A DNA stretch of 64,000 nucleotides, taken from Amoebophrya sp. A120 (taxonomy: Eukaryota; Protista; Dinoflagellata). The notes beneath the pieces were generated by a model. The model was not told the origin of the DNA and ran no database searches. It was given only the letters and a program-made list of their open reading frames with translations. Below, in pieces: positions 22,153 to 36,500 of the stretch; the stretch's first letter is position 1; each line of letters starts with the position of its first letter. Where the stretch lies: assembly GCA_905178155.1 (NCBI GenBank), contig CAJINV010000003.1, positions 4,685,863-4,749,862 of the forward strand, written 5' to 3'. Both the position numbers and the translations under genes were made by a program.

Positions 22153-22902
22153 TATTAACCAGGCAACTAGTGTCCTGATATGAACCCCGCAGGTTTACAC
22201 TGACTCCCATGCTGCACTTCATTTTCGCATCCATCTCCTGTCCTGCGAGACCGGGCCGCACAACTGAATCTTTGTTTCGATTCGATTATTGCATTGAAGA
22301 TGCCCCTGTAGTGTACTCGTTTCCGCAACCGCTACCACTGCGCTGGTAGACGTGAGCGCTGCATTTGCAAGATACGACGGCATACTACAGTTTCTTGTTA
22401 CGACCTCTTCGTTTCGCCCGTTGCAGATTTAGTCCGTTGTACTTAGATACGAATGAATGGATTGTAGATGTTGGACACAAAGAAGAAGAACTCTGTTGTG
22501 CCAGAAGGAAAAATATCCAATTCATTGCACCGTGTTCGTGTGGGCCTGTGGCTGCTTAGCCGCTTCATTGATAGTTCGACAGGCTGTCATTTTGTGCTCT
22601 TCCGTTGCTCTTCTTTTCCTTCTTTTTTTTTTCGGCCTGCCATGAACATGATCCATCATGTAGGTACCTACTTTGATACCATACGGTAGATGGTTTGTGC
22701 TTTTTTACGATTTGGAGTGTCGACATTGCGTGTGTGCGTTTTTGGATTTTACCCATTTCGTGGCACTTCACGATAGGGAAGAACGGTCGGCAACAGTAGA
22801 TTCCCGACGCTTTGTCTGAACGCCCTTCATTTCGTGTCATGTAGTATTACAATTAGGCTGACTGCGACTGCTCGGCACAAAACGAACACGAAAGCAGTAC
22901 TT

Positions 22903-24225
22903 ATGTCTTCTCAGTCGGTGAAGAGAAACTCGGGGTCCGGTAGTTCCCGAACGCTTCGGGAGACGAGGAGCAAGGCTGCGACAAAACTTGAGACGTCTAC
23001 CTTGTCATTGCCAATTTACGCACACCAGCCCTGGGACCCCTTTAGCGTGCGGCAACGGGAGAAGGACGTGCGAAGCGTTTTCGCCCGCAGTGTCCGATGG
23101 TGGACAGTATGCAGTTTTATCCCGTGTTGGATCGCGATTTTCGTGAATGGCTACCTCGCCCGCGTGCGGCACCCGTGGATGATATCCGCGCCTATTTCTC
23201 TGTCCTCGCACGAAACCTGGCACGGACGATGGCTGGCCACGATGGGTTTCACATTCACCGCCCTCCTGTACGCTCTCGTGGTTGCGCCGAAGGCGTTCTG
23301 GCGTTTCTTGGAACTGGTGGATATTGACCAAGACACAACTGCTGCAGAAGAAATAAACCCCCAGATGACAGATGAGATCGGAGAAGATGAAACTGCTGGT
23401 AAAAAAATCACGAGGCGGTCGAGTACCTCCTCGACGAAGCGCAAGTCGAGTCCAAAAAATCGACGACGGTCGCGAACCCCGGCTGCATCGACCGCTTCCT
23501 CTGCTTCGAACAGGCGACGCTCCGACGTGACGAATGCAAGTACAACCACCTCCACCTCGAAAGGAGCGGAAGCAGGCCCCAACTTTATTTCAGGATCTCG
23601 CGGTGCTTCCGGCGCAATGCAAGTAGCTGCGTACCTAGTCGCCGACGTCCTGACAGTGTGCTACTGTCTGCTTCTGCCTCTTCCGATTTTTGCGCAGAAC
23701 AGTAAAGAGCGAGCCTGGACGACGCGATCAGAACGAAGGCAGTTTTTCTGGGAGAAAGTGCTGTGTAACGCCAGCGAGTTGGCAGCGTTGGTGTGCGCAG
23801 GAATGCAGATCTCGTGTGCAGGGCTGTGCTGGCAGAGCTGGTGGCCGGTGCAGGAAAACCGGATTGTCGACACCGAATGGACGGAACTGGAGTGGACCAC
23901 CCTCATTCATCGTTTCGGAACTACGCCACTGTTTCTCGGCGGATATCTCTTCATTCTCGGGGCTATCCATTGGGTTTTCAACGTGAGTGCGCGCAAAGTC
24001 CAGGCGGCAGTGTGGCGAAAGAGCGCGAAAAGCACATTTGGACTGCAGTGCGTCCTCTACGCATTGGTGCTTAACGTTATCTACGTGCTGGGATTGCGCT
24101 TGGGCTTCGTCGCATTTGGCGAGCCCTCCAAGTACACTTTCCTGAACCTGATGGGGATCTCGCAATACATTGCTGTGCTCTGCTTCAACGCCGCCGCCTT
24201 TTCTCTGGCAGAAATTTTGTCCTGA
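22903..24225 (+). CDS. Multi-pass membrane protein, possibly Frag1/DRAM/Sfk1-like
   Basis: Single ORF with about 6 hydrophobic helices. PIS...G, IHRFG..LF and C-terminal SQYIAV resemble the family only weakly. Confidence 0.6.
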   Translation: MSSQSVKRNSGSGSSRTLRETRSKAATKLETSTLSLPIYAHQPWDPFSVRQREKDVRSVFARSVRWWTVCSFIPCWIAIFVNGYLARVRHPWMISAPISLSSHETWHGRWLATMGFTFTALLYALVVAPKAFWRFLELVDIDQDTTAAEEINPQMTDEIGEDETAGKKITRRSSTSSTKRKSSPKNRRRSRTPAASTASSASNRRRSDVTNASTTTSTSKGAEAGPNFISGSRGASGAMQVAAYLVADVLTVCYCLLLPLPIFAQNSKERAWTTRSERRQFFWEKVLCNASELAALVCAGMQISCAGLCWQSWWPVQENRIVDTEWTELEWTTLIHRFGTTPLFLGGYLFILGAIHWVFNVSARKVQAAVWRKSAKSTFGLQCVLYALVLNVIYVLGLRLGFVAFGEPSKYTFLNLMGISQYIAVLCFNAAAFSLAEILS

Positions 24226-24599
24226 AAATATGTCACACGCAGAGTAGGCTCTACTTTCTGCTTCCAAAAATACGACTACATGAGCGCGTTGGTTCTTTCG
24301 CCGCTGTAGCAGCAAACCGCAAGTGAATCTAACAGAGATCCAGATTCTAAGGCGAGGGCATTCAGCTGCTGTTCGCGTTTCTCTCCATCTTGTCGAGTTT
24401 GTTTTCTTGGCGTATAAATCGTTCTGCAATGCGACGGTGAAAAACGCGACTAGCTAGGAGCACCGCAGAAATTACAAAGGAGATGAAAGTGACAGACTTA
24501 TTGTTATAACCTCCAATACCATGTTTTTGTTTGCCTTTGCACATTGCTAGTTCTTGGTCAGTGAAAGCAGCACCGAGCCTCAAATTTGCACGAAAGAAG

Positions 24600-27103
24600 A
24601 TGCTACCCCCCTATGCTGCGGTTTTCCCGCACTTTTTCGCCTGTTTCTGGACCCTCGTCGTCCCAGCCACAACGTTGCTAGCTCTAGGCAGTGCCGGCGC
24701 GGTGGATGCCGCCGTTGCGTTACCGGAGCGTTCGGTGGTCGGCAACTTGAGCTTACGCCGCACGTTCCTGCATTGGGAAGAGCCTCCGGCAAGCGACGAA
24801 GAGGCAGATCACGACGACGTCGCGACTTTCGGGGGCTCATCTACCGGCTCGACGGCACGGAGCGTCCGGCGCCGTGCCTACAGCCTGCCCGCAGAAACCC
24901 GCGACCGGCGAAGCCATGAAGACTCCTATTTCGGTGGCACGGACGACACATCGCCGTCGACCGCGTTGTCGTCGGAAGAGGCGGAATCGGAATCGAACGC
25001 AGGGCGCGACGCTTTCGTCCCACGTAGGAGCCCAGAGCTGGAACACCTGGCAGTGGGATCCGCCCCGTCGTCTTCCGGAACAAGACGAGGGCCTGTGGCG
25101 CTTTCCGATCACGCCGCGGCACCTTTTTTTCTCGCCGGTCAGCCGACTGCTTTCGCGACGGGGCGAAACCAAGATCGGACACCCCCTGTGTCCGACATTC
25201 GTTGGGGCCCTGCGGTTTCCACCGAAGAGAACGATAATCTCCATTGCGGTCTCTTCGTGGACAGCTGCGGGCGAATTATTCAGCGCGTCATTTCGGAGAC
25301 GCAGCCGCTGCCGCGAGAAGACCTGCAGGGCGCATCACCTCCGGGCACCGTCTGTGCGGCCGTTCCACCGAACGTCAAGGAATTGTGGGCCGACATAGAG
25401 TACGAGGAGCTTGCGCCACTCGAGGGTGAGTTTATTTCTCCGGGCGGGCTTCAGGCAGAACAAGGTAAAAGAAGATGCAAAGGGGCGGCCCCTTCAGGCA
25501 GCGGAGGCAGGAGCGAGATTGTGTCTCTCTTCAGCGAATTGGGACTGAACGAGGAAAACAGGGAGGCGCCGAAGAGTACAGCTCTTCTTTCGAAAGCAAA
25601 CAGAACCCCACGTCGCCTAAGCAAGAAGCATGACGCAGTAGCAACTTCGAGTACTGTGGACGCAACCCGAGAGGATAAAATCGCGAGTTTTTTCCGGGAA
25701 CGCGCATCGAAGCAGGGGTTGCAGCCGGATTCAAGTATAGTTAAATGGTGTTTAGTGTTACGTGTGAATTCCTACTGACACTTATCTATCAATCTCGTCT
25801 GCAAGAAGTAGAAGAGAAGTGGAAAGTAGTTACGCACCCGCACGGGGTTCGGTTCGACTCCGCTGGTGTTAGGAGGATACTACAAGACTTGTGCAGTCTT
25901 TCGACCTACCTAACAAAGTAAACTAGACAGAAACTTGAATGCTCTTCGAACATAACATTGACAGCAGACGAGCAGAAAGCGGATCTACTTCCACGCAGGG
26001 AGTCTAAAACGACGGTAAAGGGCTACTCTGTCGCCCCCGCGCGCCAGCTGCAAACAGCGAAGGAAAAAGCCGCCGGACGTCGGGTGTGCGGCGCGGTGAT
26101 GTTTACCGAGGGCTTCGCGAAATTTCTCATGGAAGCTGATGCAACCAAAAAGGGTCGACTCGGCAAGGTGTGCGGGCTGTGCCGGCATACCTGGAGCAGG
26201 CATGGCGGGAAACTACGGCTCCGGGGGCGGGGAAGCCGGCACCTCGAGGACAAGACGAATATGGAGGCGAACATTCCTCTGCAGATATGCGTGTCCGGCG
26301 TTGGGGCGGGGAAGGAGTTGCGGTACCGCCGCAGCATCGAGGAGATCCAAACGTGCCTCCGCGAGACCTTTGCCGACGAATGGCGTGCCTGGTGCAGGAA
26401 CCACGAGACGTACCGCCACAATTTCAGCCTGGACGATGAGACGATAGAGTCGAGCATGTGGACGGTGGTGCGACCCGTGCATCATGAAGCGTCGAATTGC
26501 ACGCTTCGTAGTTCTTGCGACGGACGGGACCACGCAGGCGGGAGCTGGAGCTCCTACTTTCACCCTCTGAACTCGTGGCAAGGTGGCCACGGTTCGCAGC
26601 AGGAAGTTGGAGCTCCGCAGCTAGCACTTGGCCTGTCGCAAGACAAGCGGCTCGTGACGGAAAGTAGAGCGCCTGTCGAGCGAAAGGATTTGCTCGGGGA
26701 CGTTGGCAGAAACAGAAGTGGTCGGGAGGAAGACGACACTGCAGCCGCAGACGCGACGAGTGCAGAGTGCGGGCGAGAAGAACTGTGCCGACCCGGAGAT
26801 GTGAAAGATCACTGCAAACGAAGTGCGGCGAGCGAGACAGCTGCGGGGGTTGCGCACACCCAAAGTGAACATGCCCACCTTGTCCCGCCTTCGTATTGGA
26901 ATTACCATGACCAGCTGCACTACGACATCATGAGCCAATTCTGTTCCCCGGCACACGCGGCAATGATGAACTATGCAAGTGGAATGTGCAGCAGCCCCTC
27001 AATTTTTCCTCCCGTTCCGACCAGCGACCCCGGACAAGACGCGCGCACCACCCTCCTGTCTGCTCTTTCTCAGTGGCTCGACGAAGCAGACCGCCGTCTC
27101 TAG
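24600..27103 (+). CDS. KH-domain (KHDC4/BBP-type) protein; exons 24600-25734 and about 25959-27103
   Basis: GGKLRLRGRGSRHLE...EANIPLQICVS...Y...IEEIQTCLRE is a divergent KH domain. Hydrophobic N-terminus. Confidence 0.7.
25735..25958 (+). mobile_element. Stem intron, GT...AT, 224 nt (an in-frame AG alternative exists at 25964)
   Basis: tatagtt...ggtgtttag pairs with ttgaatgct...aacata through many G-U pairs. Confidence 0.55.
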
Positions 27104-28246
27104 GAAGAGGCAATCGTGGCTCTGCTAATCCTCGTTTTCGTGTAGGGCGTCCAGCAGTTGTCAGCAGGGTTGTCGGTGATACAACGACAAGTTTATAGCT
27201 GGATTTGAGAGAGACTCAACGTTCTTCTATCCTGTTAGTCTTAGTTTCTCTTTCTGTTTCTTTATCTATCTATCATGCTACGCCAAACAAAAAGAATACT
27301 AGATTCAGATGAGTTTCGAGCAGAAAAATGTTATTGCATTTGAACCCTGGTGGCCTGCCAGTGTTGGTGGGTATTCTTCAACGCTTTGCTGTCGCCGAGC
27401 CGCTTTGTTACATTTTGCTTACTTGTTAAAATTTGTGTCGTATAGAAGTATCTTTTCATTTACCACTCCTTCTGGTGAGCGAGCCTAATAGACTGATGTG
27501 AGAATTCGAAATGGTTATACAAGATTCTGTTGTTTGTTGTCAAAACGAAAAGACATTCGCCTCAATCTACCCGAGGCCTTATTTTTTATTTCTGCAAAAT
27601 TTTACAAAAATTAAAATTCGGTTGACGTGGAGATTCTTCTTCTTTTTCCACCAAACCAAAAATTCGAAATCGAAGGTCTCTCCACCTTTTGCCACTTCAA
27701 GAATAAAACCCTTCAGTGAACCGGAACCAAGGTCCAACCAGTCACGACAGTGACATTATGGATGTTACGGGATTTTTAATATTTCCGACCTGGGCATGTG
27801 GCATGTATTCCTGAAAAGCTCTGCCGGCTTGGTCTTTGTGTATGAACAGTCAAGTATTGGAACACGGTCATGATCAGTGTGCAAAATGGGAACGAAAATC
27901 AGTGTACTACAAAGGTGGATCGGCCCTGTTGTGCCCGAGAGAGGATAGCAGAAATCTGAAAAACAAAGAAAGAGTTGTATACTAGAAATTCTCAAAATGG
28001 TTGATATGCACTCGCAGTTCGTTGCCGGAACCCAAAGCAAAAACTGTGGTTCGATACGCAGATGCAAGCTGGAAATGTTTTTCATTTTTCTCTTAAGCTA
28101 AGACTACAGACTACCAAGGCTGCTAGCCATCGTTGCAAGAAACAAAAAGATACGGAGCGCTTTTCGAAAACTAGCTATGAAAACTACACAGTGTAGAAGT
28201 AACTACTGAAGTTGAAAAATATTGACCCCGCCATCACTGCAGTGAC

Positions 28247-29660
28247 ATGAATATGTTTGGAAATTTTTCCGAGACGTGGTCGTGGACCGCGCATTTGCTT
28301 GGATGTCTCGTCTTGACCAAAGCGTTTTACGCGGTGGCGCAGTGGACGTACATATGCTTCTTTCGGCCGGGGAAGGACTTGAAGAAGTGCTACGGCGAGT
28401 GGGCTGTGGTGACGGGCGCGACAGACGGGATCGGCAAGGCCATCGCGCAGGAACTCAGTAAGCAAGGCATGAAGGTCGTTCTGCTCAGCCGAACTTTGTC
28501 TCGCCTCGAGGAAACGCAGAAGGAACTTCGAGGGGAGTCCGCAGTTTGCGTTGTGGACTTCTCCAATTACGATGATGCAGCACGTGCCAAGGTTGCGGCT
28601 GTGCTCAAGGGGAAAGGTGCTTACTTACTTATTTTTCTTTCGGCATAAGAATCAACAACTCTTTCTGGTATTTTTCTGTGCACAGTTCTGGTCTCTGCTT
28701 TGCTGGGATCATTGCGATATAAAAGTAGTACTTTAACGTCCAAACAAACAAAATCAATGCAGATGTGGGGCTTCTGGTAAACAACGTTGGCATCAGCTAC
28801 GACCATCCCGCCTTCTTTCACGAAGTCGAAAAGGACCGACAAGAGCAGCTGATTAGCCTCAACGTGACAGCCACAACGCGAATGACAGCTGACTGTTTGC
28901 CAGCCATGCTGGAGAAGAAAAAAGGAGCAGTGGTACACTCAAATTCAAACGTGATTCGCATTTGAGCTTGACTAGGCTCGTCTATACTTTCTTTGACATC
29001 GGTTTTGTTACCCGTTCTAGCACATGCGAATTATGCCATCTTGACTGCTAAGGCGAGCCTGTCTGTAACAAAATCAGGGAAGCAGCAGCGGATGTTCTTT
29101 TTTCCGCACAAAACATATGTAAAGAGGACTCCATGAAAGAATAACATAAACATTCCTTTCCAGGTCAACATAGCATCTATCTCGGGCGTCAGCTCGAGTC
29201 CGTTGCTCACGCAGTACTCTGCCACCAAGGCCTACGTAATCCGGTTGACCGAAGGCTTGAGTGCGGAGTACGAAAAGAAAGGAATCCATTTCCAGTGCCA
29301 GTATCCGCATTTTGTCACCACAAAATTAGCCAAGCTACGCAAACCCTCGCTCACCATCGCCAGTCCGAATGCATACGCGAAAGCAGCGGTGCGCGCAATC
29401 GGCTATGACAGTATACTTGGAAACTACACTTTTTCTATCGGCATTGCAATTCGTTGTCTTTGCTTGTGCTGATTGAAAAAAAAATCGATGTTAAAACCGA
29501 AATAACAGCCCTGATCAGTCCATATTGGAGTCACTACGTGTGTGCCGAATTGCTGGCGAAGTTACCGTTGAGTCTGCAGAGCATGGCCTTAATGCAGATG
29601 CACCTCCCCATCCGCTCGAAGGCGCTGAAGAAGAAAGCAGAACAAGCCAAGCAGCAGTAA
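28247..29660 (+). CDS. HSD17B12: Very-long-chain 3-oxoacyl-CoA reductase (SDR); exons 28247-28616, 28763-28932, 29164-29410, 29509-29660; all introns GT-AG
   Basis: WAVVTGATDGIGKA, DVGLLVNNVG, VNIASISG, YSATK, PHFVTTKL, PYWSH. Confidence 0.93.
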
Positions 29661-30550
29661 TTCTAATTGGGGTTCCGCATTCAAGCAGCCCGCGCAGTAT
29701 GTACATTGGTTGGAGAACCTGCACGCAGCGCGGTGATAGACGGGAAGCTTTTGACGAAATTTTTGCTACTACGGACGACGCTACCATACCTATGAAGTAT
29801 GTATCGACATCAAGTACAGCTACAGACGACTCACTTTTTTTTTGCTTTTAAAGATTTCACTCTGTACGCACACACACAAAGATCTACTCCAGCGACATCA
29901 TATTATTCATACGCGGAACGATCAGTCAGCATGCTGACTTCTACTTCACAAATATCCCTATGAGCAACTACAACCCCTTTGATGTCATTGTCAATCCCTC
30001 TTTTTTTGCGTTTTGGCTCATGTCGAAAGTACACCACGAGCTGACTTTTGTGGTCCCCTGTCGCGGGTATCTATCATGACCAATCAATGTTTTGCGACCT
30101 CACCTGATGCTTTCTGACGCGATCGTTGTTATTGCGGAACTCGGAGAATCAAAAAGCAATACATGTTTGCCCACACTGGCGCATGTCATCTAGCAAGTCA
30201 CGAAGACTACAACTGACTATTCTTCAGGCCTTGATGGCAGTTTTTCCACGCGGCGCTGCCCAAGATAAAAGCAATTTATGCAACCGATTTGCATTTGGTA
30301 GATGGGGTAAGCGTAAGAGAAAGAGTGCGAAATCATGTTTCCAAGAACCGAGAGAGCCATGGGAGTACAACGAGGACGACGGTCAGCGAAGTTCTTCTTC
30401 TTGTGAATGCTTCAAATTTACGTGCTGTGTGGTGCGGCTTCGAAAACTTAAGAGAAGATGCACTTTGAGTGCAGAACAAGCAAAATGTGAAGCACCAGCA
30501 GTGCTGCGTGGTCCTCGTACGTCGCAGCAAACACAACTGGAAACAGAGAA

Positions 30551-33500
30551 ATGGAGAAAACGCCTTCCAGAAGCGCCGCGTCACCATGCCCGAAGGCATC
30601 TCCGCGCGATCGTGAAGCCAGTTCTTTTGCCGCGTCACCGAGACCGGTTCCGCGCCGGAGTGCGTCGTCGGCAAGCATCAAAACCGGTGCCGTGGTCCCG
30701 CAGCTCAAATTGTCGTCCGTCTCGGAGAAAATACGTATGACATCATAGACCCCCGTTCTTTAGCTGTTCTTTTTGACGTAAGTACAATAAGAAAGACTCG
30801 TCGCTGCAGTCCTCGGTTGCGCTACCTTTCGGTTTCGTTGCAGCGCTTGTTGTATGTATCTCGCATCGCACATCGGCTGTATTCTTCCACTGTTTCGACG
30901 AGTTTTGCATTTTAGTAAACACAGCTGAAAGAGTCTCGCTCGCTGATCTATCGTTCCTCCGTTACTTCGACGTAAATTTTTCCGTGGTTCTTCGCATGGC
31001 GCGGATCCTCTCGTCGTAGAACATCTCGCTGGTGCTGGTCTATTCTCGATCTTTCCGCTCATTCCTCGTACGAATTCGAATAGAAATAACACATTCTGCT
31101 GCAGTCGTCGTCAAGAACCGTATTCGTGTTTGCACATCGAAGTCTTCAGCTGTAATTTATCTCATTCCGCTCGACACGTAGAGGTACTTAGAAGCACGAA
31201 CAACGGGTGGTTTTTTCCGCCGGCCAAGGAGGCCGCGGCCGCGCATATGTCGCGCGTGATCGGTCGTGTCTGTGGCGACAAATCGGAGCTGGTGGCTGCC
31301 GATAATGAAGATGATGATGATCTTCAACAAGAACAAATTCAAAGTGACCTGGCTGCAACGCCACAAAGTTGCACACCGTTGGTCCAAAATGAAGATGAAG
31401 ATCAACAAAAGTTAGATGTCGTAAGAAATAATTTATCATCACCACGTTCATCTGCAGGAGATAACGAGTCAGAGACCGAGTCGCAGTTTGCGCATGACGA
31501 GTTCGACCAGAGCCTACTGCAGCGGCTGGAGGAGCGCAACAGCGCCGCGTTGGAAGCCAGCAAGGCGCTTGCGTACCTGGAAAGCTGCAACAAGGCGCTG
31601 CACCAATCTGCCAAGCAGTTTAACAAGCGCAACTCGTGCACCAAGCAGGACCTGCGAGGGGGGCTGGAGACGGAAACCCAAGACTGCTCGGAGGACGAGG
31701 AGGATCAGCACGATGACCTCTACAATACGGACGCGCAGTCTAACGCGAGCCCAGTACGGCAGCCGCGGGCGGGAGGCACACAGCACGTGCCGGAGTGGCG
31801 TGACGTTTGGTCAACGAGCATTTCCGATATCGGCCGGTACGGCGTTGGGTGCCAACTCTACTTCGATTTTCTCAAGTGGCTCATCCTCATCCTCGGCGGC
31901 ATGGCCATCTTCTCCTCACCCCTGATGTACACCTGCCTGCACGGCACCATGGTCTCCAGTCCCTTTGGCGCGCTCGCGCGAACCACAATCGGAAATTTGG
32001 GAGCCCTACCACCAGATCTGAGTGCTGCTTCCTCCAAGGAGGAACAGATTGAAATGCTGCGGAACCGAAAATTGATGCTGGGTAAGATGCAGAGCTTATT
32101 TGGCTTTTTTGCACTTGCTCTTCCTCTTGCTTGTGTCGCCTGCATAATTTTTTTCTGATCAAGGCGCCTTCTTGTTGCGAAGTGTAAGCTGTACGTGGTA
32201 GTCTCATTGTCCTCCATAAATTCTAATAAAACCTTGTGGTTTTTAAAACCTCTGCACAGGTGACCGCGAGTTTTCCATGCACAAATTCACCACGTTTTTT
32301 GGTTTGCTGGATGGGTCGATGATTCTGGTCTTTTTCCTGTGGTCGTTTTGGTATCGCAAAAAGCAGCTGATCGCCACAGTGGAAACGCACGACGTTGCGA
32401 ACACCACCCCGAACGACTACGCCGTTCACATCGCGAATCTGCCCTCTGCTATCTGGAAAAACGGCGTCCGCCTGAGCTTGGACGAGTACGAAAGTCTGTT
32501 GAAGGAACACATCGAGGGCGTTCTGCGAGCGAACGTGCAGCGTTACCGGGCGGAAAAGCACGGCGAGCTCGTTCGGCGCAAGAAAAGGGAACTGCTTTTG
32601 GATCTGCGAGAGCAGCACAACGCAAAGTTGGAACAGGAACAGGAAATGAACGCCGCCGCAACAAGCGGCTCTGCTGGTACTAGCACCCTCAAGACGAGGA
32701 TCAGCCGGACTGTTACGCAGACGTTGCGCGGCGGGGGCCCCGGGACGACGGCAGCCGCGGTCGGGAGCCAGAGAGGTAAAACTGCGTTCGGAAGTAGTGG
32801 TGGTGTCGAACACACCGAGAGGGCCTCCACAAAAAGCAGCGCCGCATCCGCAGCCGCGCCGCCCGCCGTGCGCCCCAGCCTCCTGGCGCGTGGTGTGAGC
32901 GGTTCCAGCTCCAATCTCGCGGAAAAGAAGGCCCAACAAACCGCTTTCTACTACGACGGCGGGGAGGTTGCGAAGCCATCGGAGGAAGAGAACACGGAGG
33001 CGAGCAGCTCCGGTTTGGTGGACGAGGACGACGAAGAAGACGAGCCCACGGTGGCGAGCGACGGGGTGCTGGGGTTTCTTTACAAAACCGCAGCCCGCCG
33101 CGTCCGACAAGCGTTTGCCTCGGTGTCCGGTGTAGAAGCGGCCAACTACGGCAAGCGGCGGAGGAAGTCCTCGCTCGATTCCGTCAGTCGCAGCATTCGG
33201 CGGTACTTGAAAATGGGATCCTCCTCGACCAATAACACGCTCATGGATGTGGACCCCACGGACAACGCACTGGACATCAACCCGCACCGCCCGCAACCTG
33301 CTGCCGACGCACCCGCGGGGCAGATCGTGCTCGCCGGTGGGTCGCTGCGCAATTCCAAGGGCACGTCCTCTTCCCGCGAGCAACTTGATGTGGCGCTGGC
33401 CGCCCCAGGTGGGACCGTTTCGCGGTCGCGTCAATCCAGTAAGGAAAGTTGTGCAAACATAGAGGTCGACCTGGATAGCGAGAATAACTGGCAGCCGGTG

Positions 33501-36500
33501 CCGGAGCTGCAGCTCGGAGAGTTTGTGTTGTGCTGCCGGGACCACGGCGCCATGTACGCACTTGACGAACGCATTCTGCTCGGCAAGAAGCGACGACGAC
33601 TTCAGTATGAGATTCAGGAGCGCAAGATGGAACTCACGTCCATCGAAAACATTTGCAAGCCCCGGATGTTGACCGCGACTAACTCCACGACATCCTCGGG
33701 AGAGAGTAAGCGTAACTCAAACCCGAACTCCGCATCGAAGTTCTCGCTGGGCCGCGGCGGCCAAGAGGAGGAGGGCGCAGGTGGAGAGGATGTCGACGAG
33801 GACCAGCGTTTGCATGCTCTGCAACGCGAGTTACAGCAGCTCGAGCGACACATCAAGCGGGTCGCAACGCGACTGCGGAAGCGCATCGTGAGCCGCAAAG
33901 AAAATGAGGTGGTGCGGGCCTTCGTAATCTTCGACAACTGTCTGGACAAGGAGATCTTTCTGTGGAGCTACCGGTACGGCGTACACACCGACAAGAAGGA
34001 GCTGCTAGGGAAAGTTGCGGGGAATTCGGAATTTCTGCGGAGCCTGTTTGGGTACGATGTGCGCGAATCGCCCCTGGCGTTCGAGGGGAAGCTGCTGAAG
34101 GTGACGCCCGCGCCCGAGCCCAGCAACATCCTGTGGGAAAATGTGGACGGTCTGCCGGACAACTTTTTCAAAGCGTTTCCGCGAAAGTACGGCGCCACCA
34201 TGGCCGCCGCGCTCTTGCTGTTCGTCAGTTTCGTTCTCGTGTTCTTCTGCGAGGTGCTACCCGAGGTGGGGTGGTCTGACGTGGACGCCTTCACGATCGG
34301 TGCGGAAAATCTGCTGGATCCATTACCGCTCCTGCGGGCCGACGAGGGATTCAGCCCCGCTCCATCGCACGAGTTTTTCGCGCGCGGCGGGATCGAATAC
34401 GAGTTGACAATGGAAGTCAACGTCCCTCTCCAGTTCGTCGTCACCGAACCTTTTCCGGTTCCAGCGCTGCCGAATGCCGAGACAACAACAACATCCACGT
34501 CGTCCGTGCTGCCAGCCGTACTCGCCACTACCGTGGCCGCTCCTGCCTGGTTGCCGTCATGGTCCACGAGCGACGAACTCGCAGGCGTTACCGTGGAGCC
34601 TGCGCTTTCTCGTGCGAAAGTGGTACGCGAAGCCGAATCGCACTTCCTACAAAACTTTCTTGGCGAGAACAGCCTGTTTACTGGGCTGGGGAAGACACTT
34701 TTTCCTTGGCTCTTTGTGCATCCGGTCGGAGCTGCAGGAGAGGCTGTTACACGCCCACCGTACCTCGAAGGAGACGCAAGCAGCTCTTCCGGCGTATCAT
34801 CGGCCACTGGAAACAGCCACACGACAAGTAGAAGCAGCGGTGTTGCTGCCTCGGCGGCCGATTCGGGCTCATCTGCGCGGCTCGTCGCGGCAAGCGATTT
34901 GCGGCTTCGGCAGGGAGTGCATTGTTCGAGTCTGCAGCTGTACTTAGGCCACCTGTTCTCCGCCACGCAATTTTTCCAGGGCCGTCCCCGCGAGGATCCA
35001 GTGGTCGCGGAATCTTCAAGAAGGGCAACCATAGCAGAGGTGGAGCTGCGTCAAAGTACCCCAGAGGAACAGGAACAAGCCGAGGCTGCGGCGGACGGGG
35101 AACGCAACGCGCCGTTTTTTTACTCCGCCAACTTGACGTCTCTCCTCCAGGAGGAGTTTGAACTCACCAGCAGTGAGGCGGTGGCGTGGTCTACTGCGTC
35201 GTTGCCTTGCTCCAATCGGACCGTGAGCGAGCTCTTCCAGAGCTGTCTGGCGTCGTTGCACGCAGCGGTGCCGGACCAGCAGTGTGCTCACCTCTCTTGG
35301 AGTTACGAAAGTTTGCGTCGCAACCAGTTTCCTTTGATAGAACAAACAAGCGTTAGTACCTTTTCGCAAAATAGCATCGCGGCCGACAACTCGAACAGCG
35401 AAGCGCGCGTTGAAGTCGCCACCTTTCCCTTGATTCGACGCGAAATTCGGGCCCGCTTTCGACACCGGGCTGGAAATAACCAGCAGATTGTCGGTTTTGG
35501 AGCATCATCACCTCCAAGCAGCGACCACGGGGATAATGCCGACCCTATTGCGGTGCGACTTCTGAGCTCCCCCGTGAATATCACAGGCGTCTCCGTATGC
35601 GACGGTGAGGAGTCTTGCGCCCCGGTCCGGCTCGCGGTTGTAAAGGATCTAGCTTCACTTCGGACGTCAGCGATGCCCGAGGACGCATCTGCGCAGAACG
35701 AAACAGCGGCAGCGACACCAGAGGACGCAAGTGCCGGCGGCACAGTGGTCGAGCAAAGTACTACGGCCTACCAGCCTCCTACTTTCGCCGACCAGGCCAA
35801 GTTCTACACGATTCCGACGTTTGACTGCGACACGGACGGTGCGACGCTGGAGTTGAGCGACGTACTGCTGTGGAACCGGCTGGGAAGCAGACTCCGCGAC
35901 GGCCTGCTTCGCGCCGAAAACCACGACTTGACGGGCGTCGACCACTCGTCGCGCGCCCCCTACGCGGAGCGGGTCGTCGGGTGCTTCTGCGGGCAGCAGT
36001 CCTACATGACCATCGCGAGCAATCAGCGCGTGCGGTCGCTGTGCCACGCGCACATGCTGCGACTACTGCGGCAAACACTCGGGTTCGTCTTCGGCTCCTT
36101 CATCGTTGTCGGCATGAACGTCGTGCTGGAGCACTGCCTGAACGCGATGAGCATGTGGGCGCGGCCATTGTCGATCACGGCGCTGAACAACGCTTTGATG
36201 TGGAAGCTGTTCCTGATGGAGTTCGTCAACACTGCCATCGTGATTTTGTTGGTGAACACGCGGTTCGACTACAACGGGCCGTTGCTTGGGAAGGGGGACT
36301 ACACCGACTTCGAATTCGACTGGTATGCCGACGTGGGTGTGGGGATTGTTGTCACCATGATGATCAACGTGTTCTCGCCGCACGTGGGCACCGTGCTCAA
36401 GGGCTACCTGCGCAAAAAGCGGCGCAAGCGACTGCTGCGAAGCAAGGTCAAGATCGCGGAGGACATGACCGAGCTGTACCTGGGCGCGCAGTTCGAGTTG

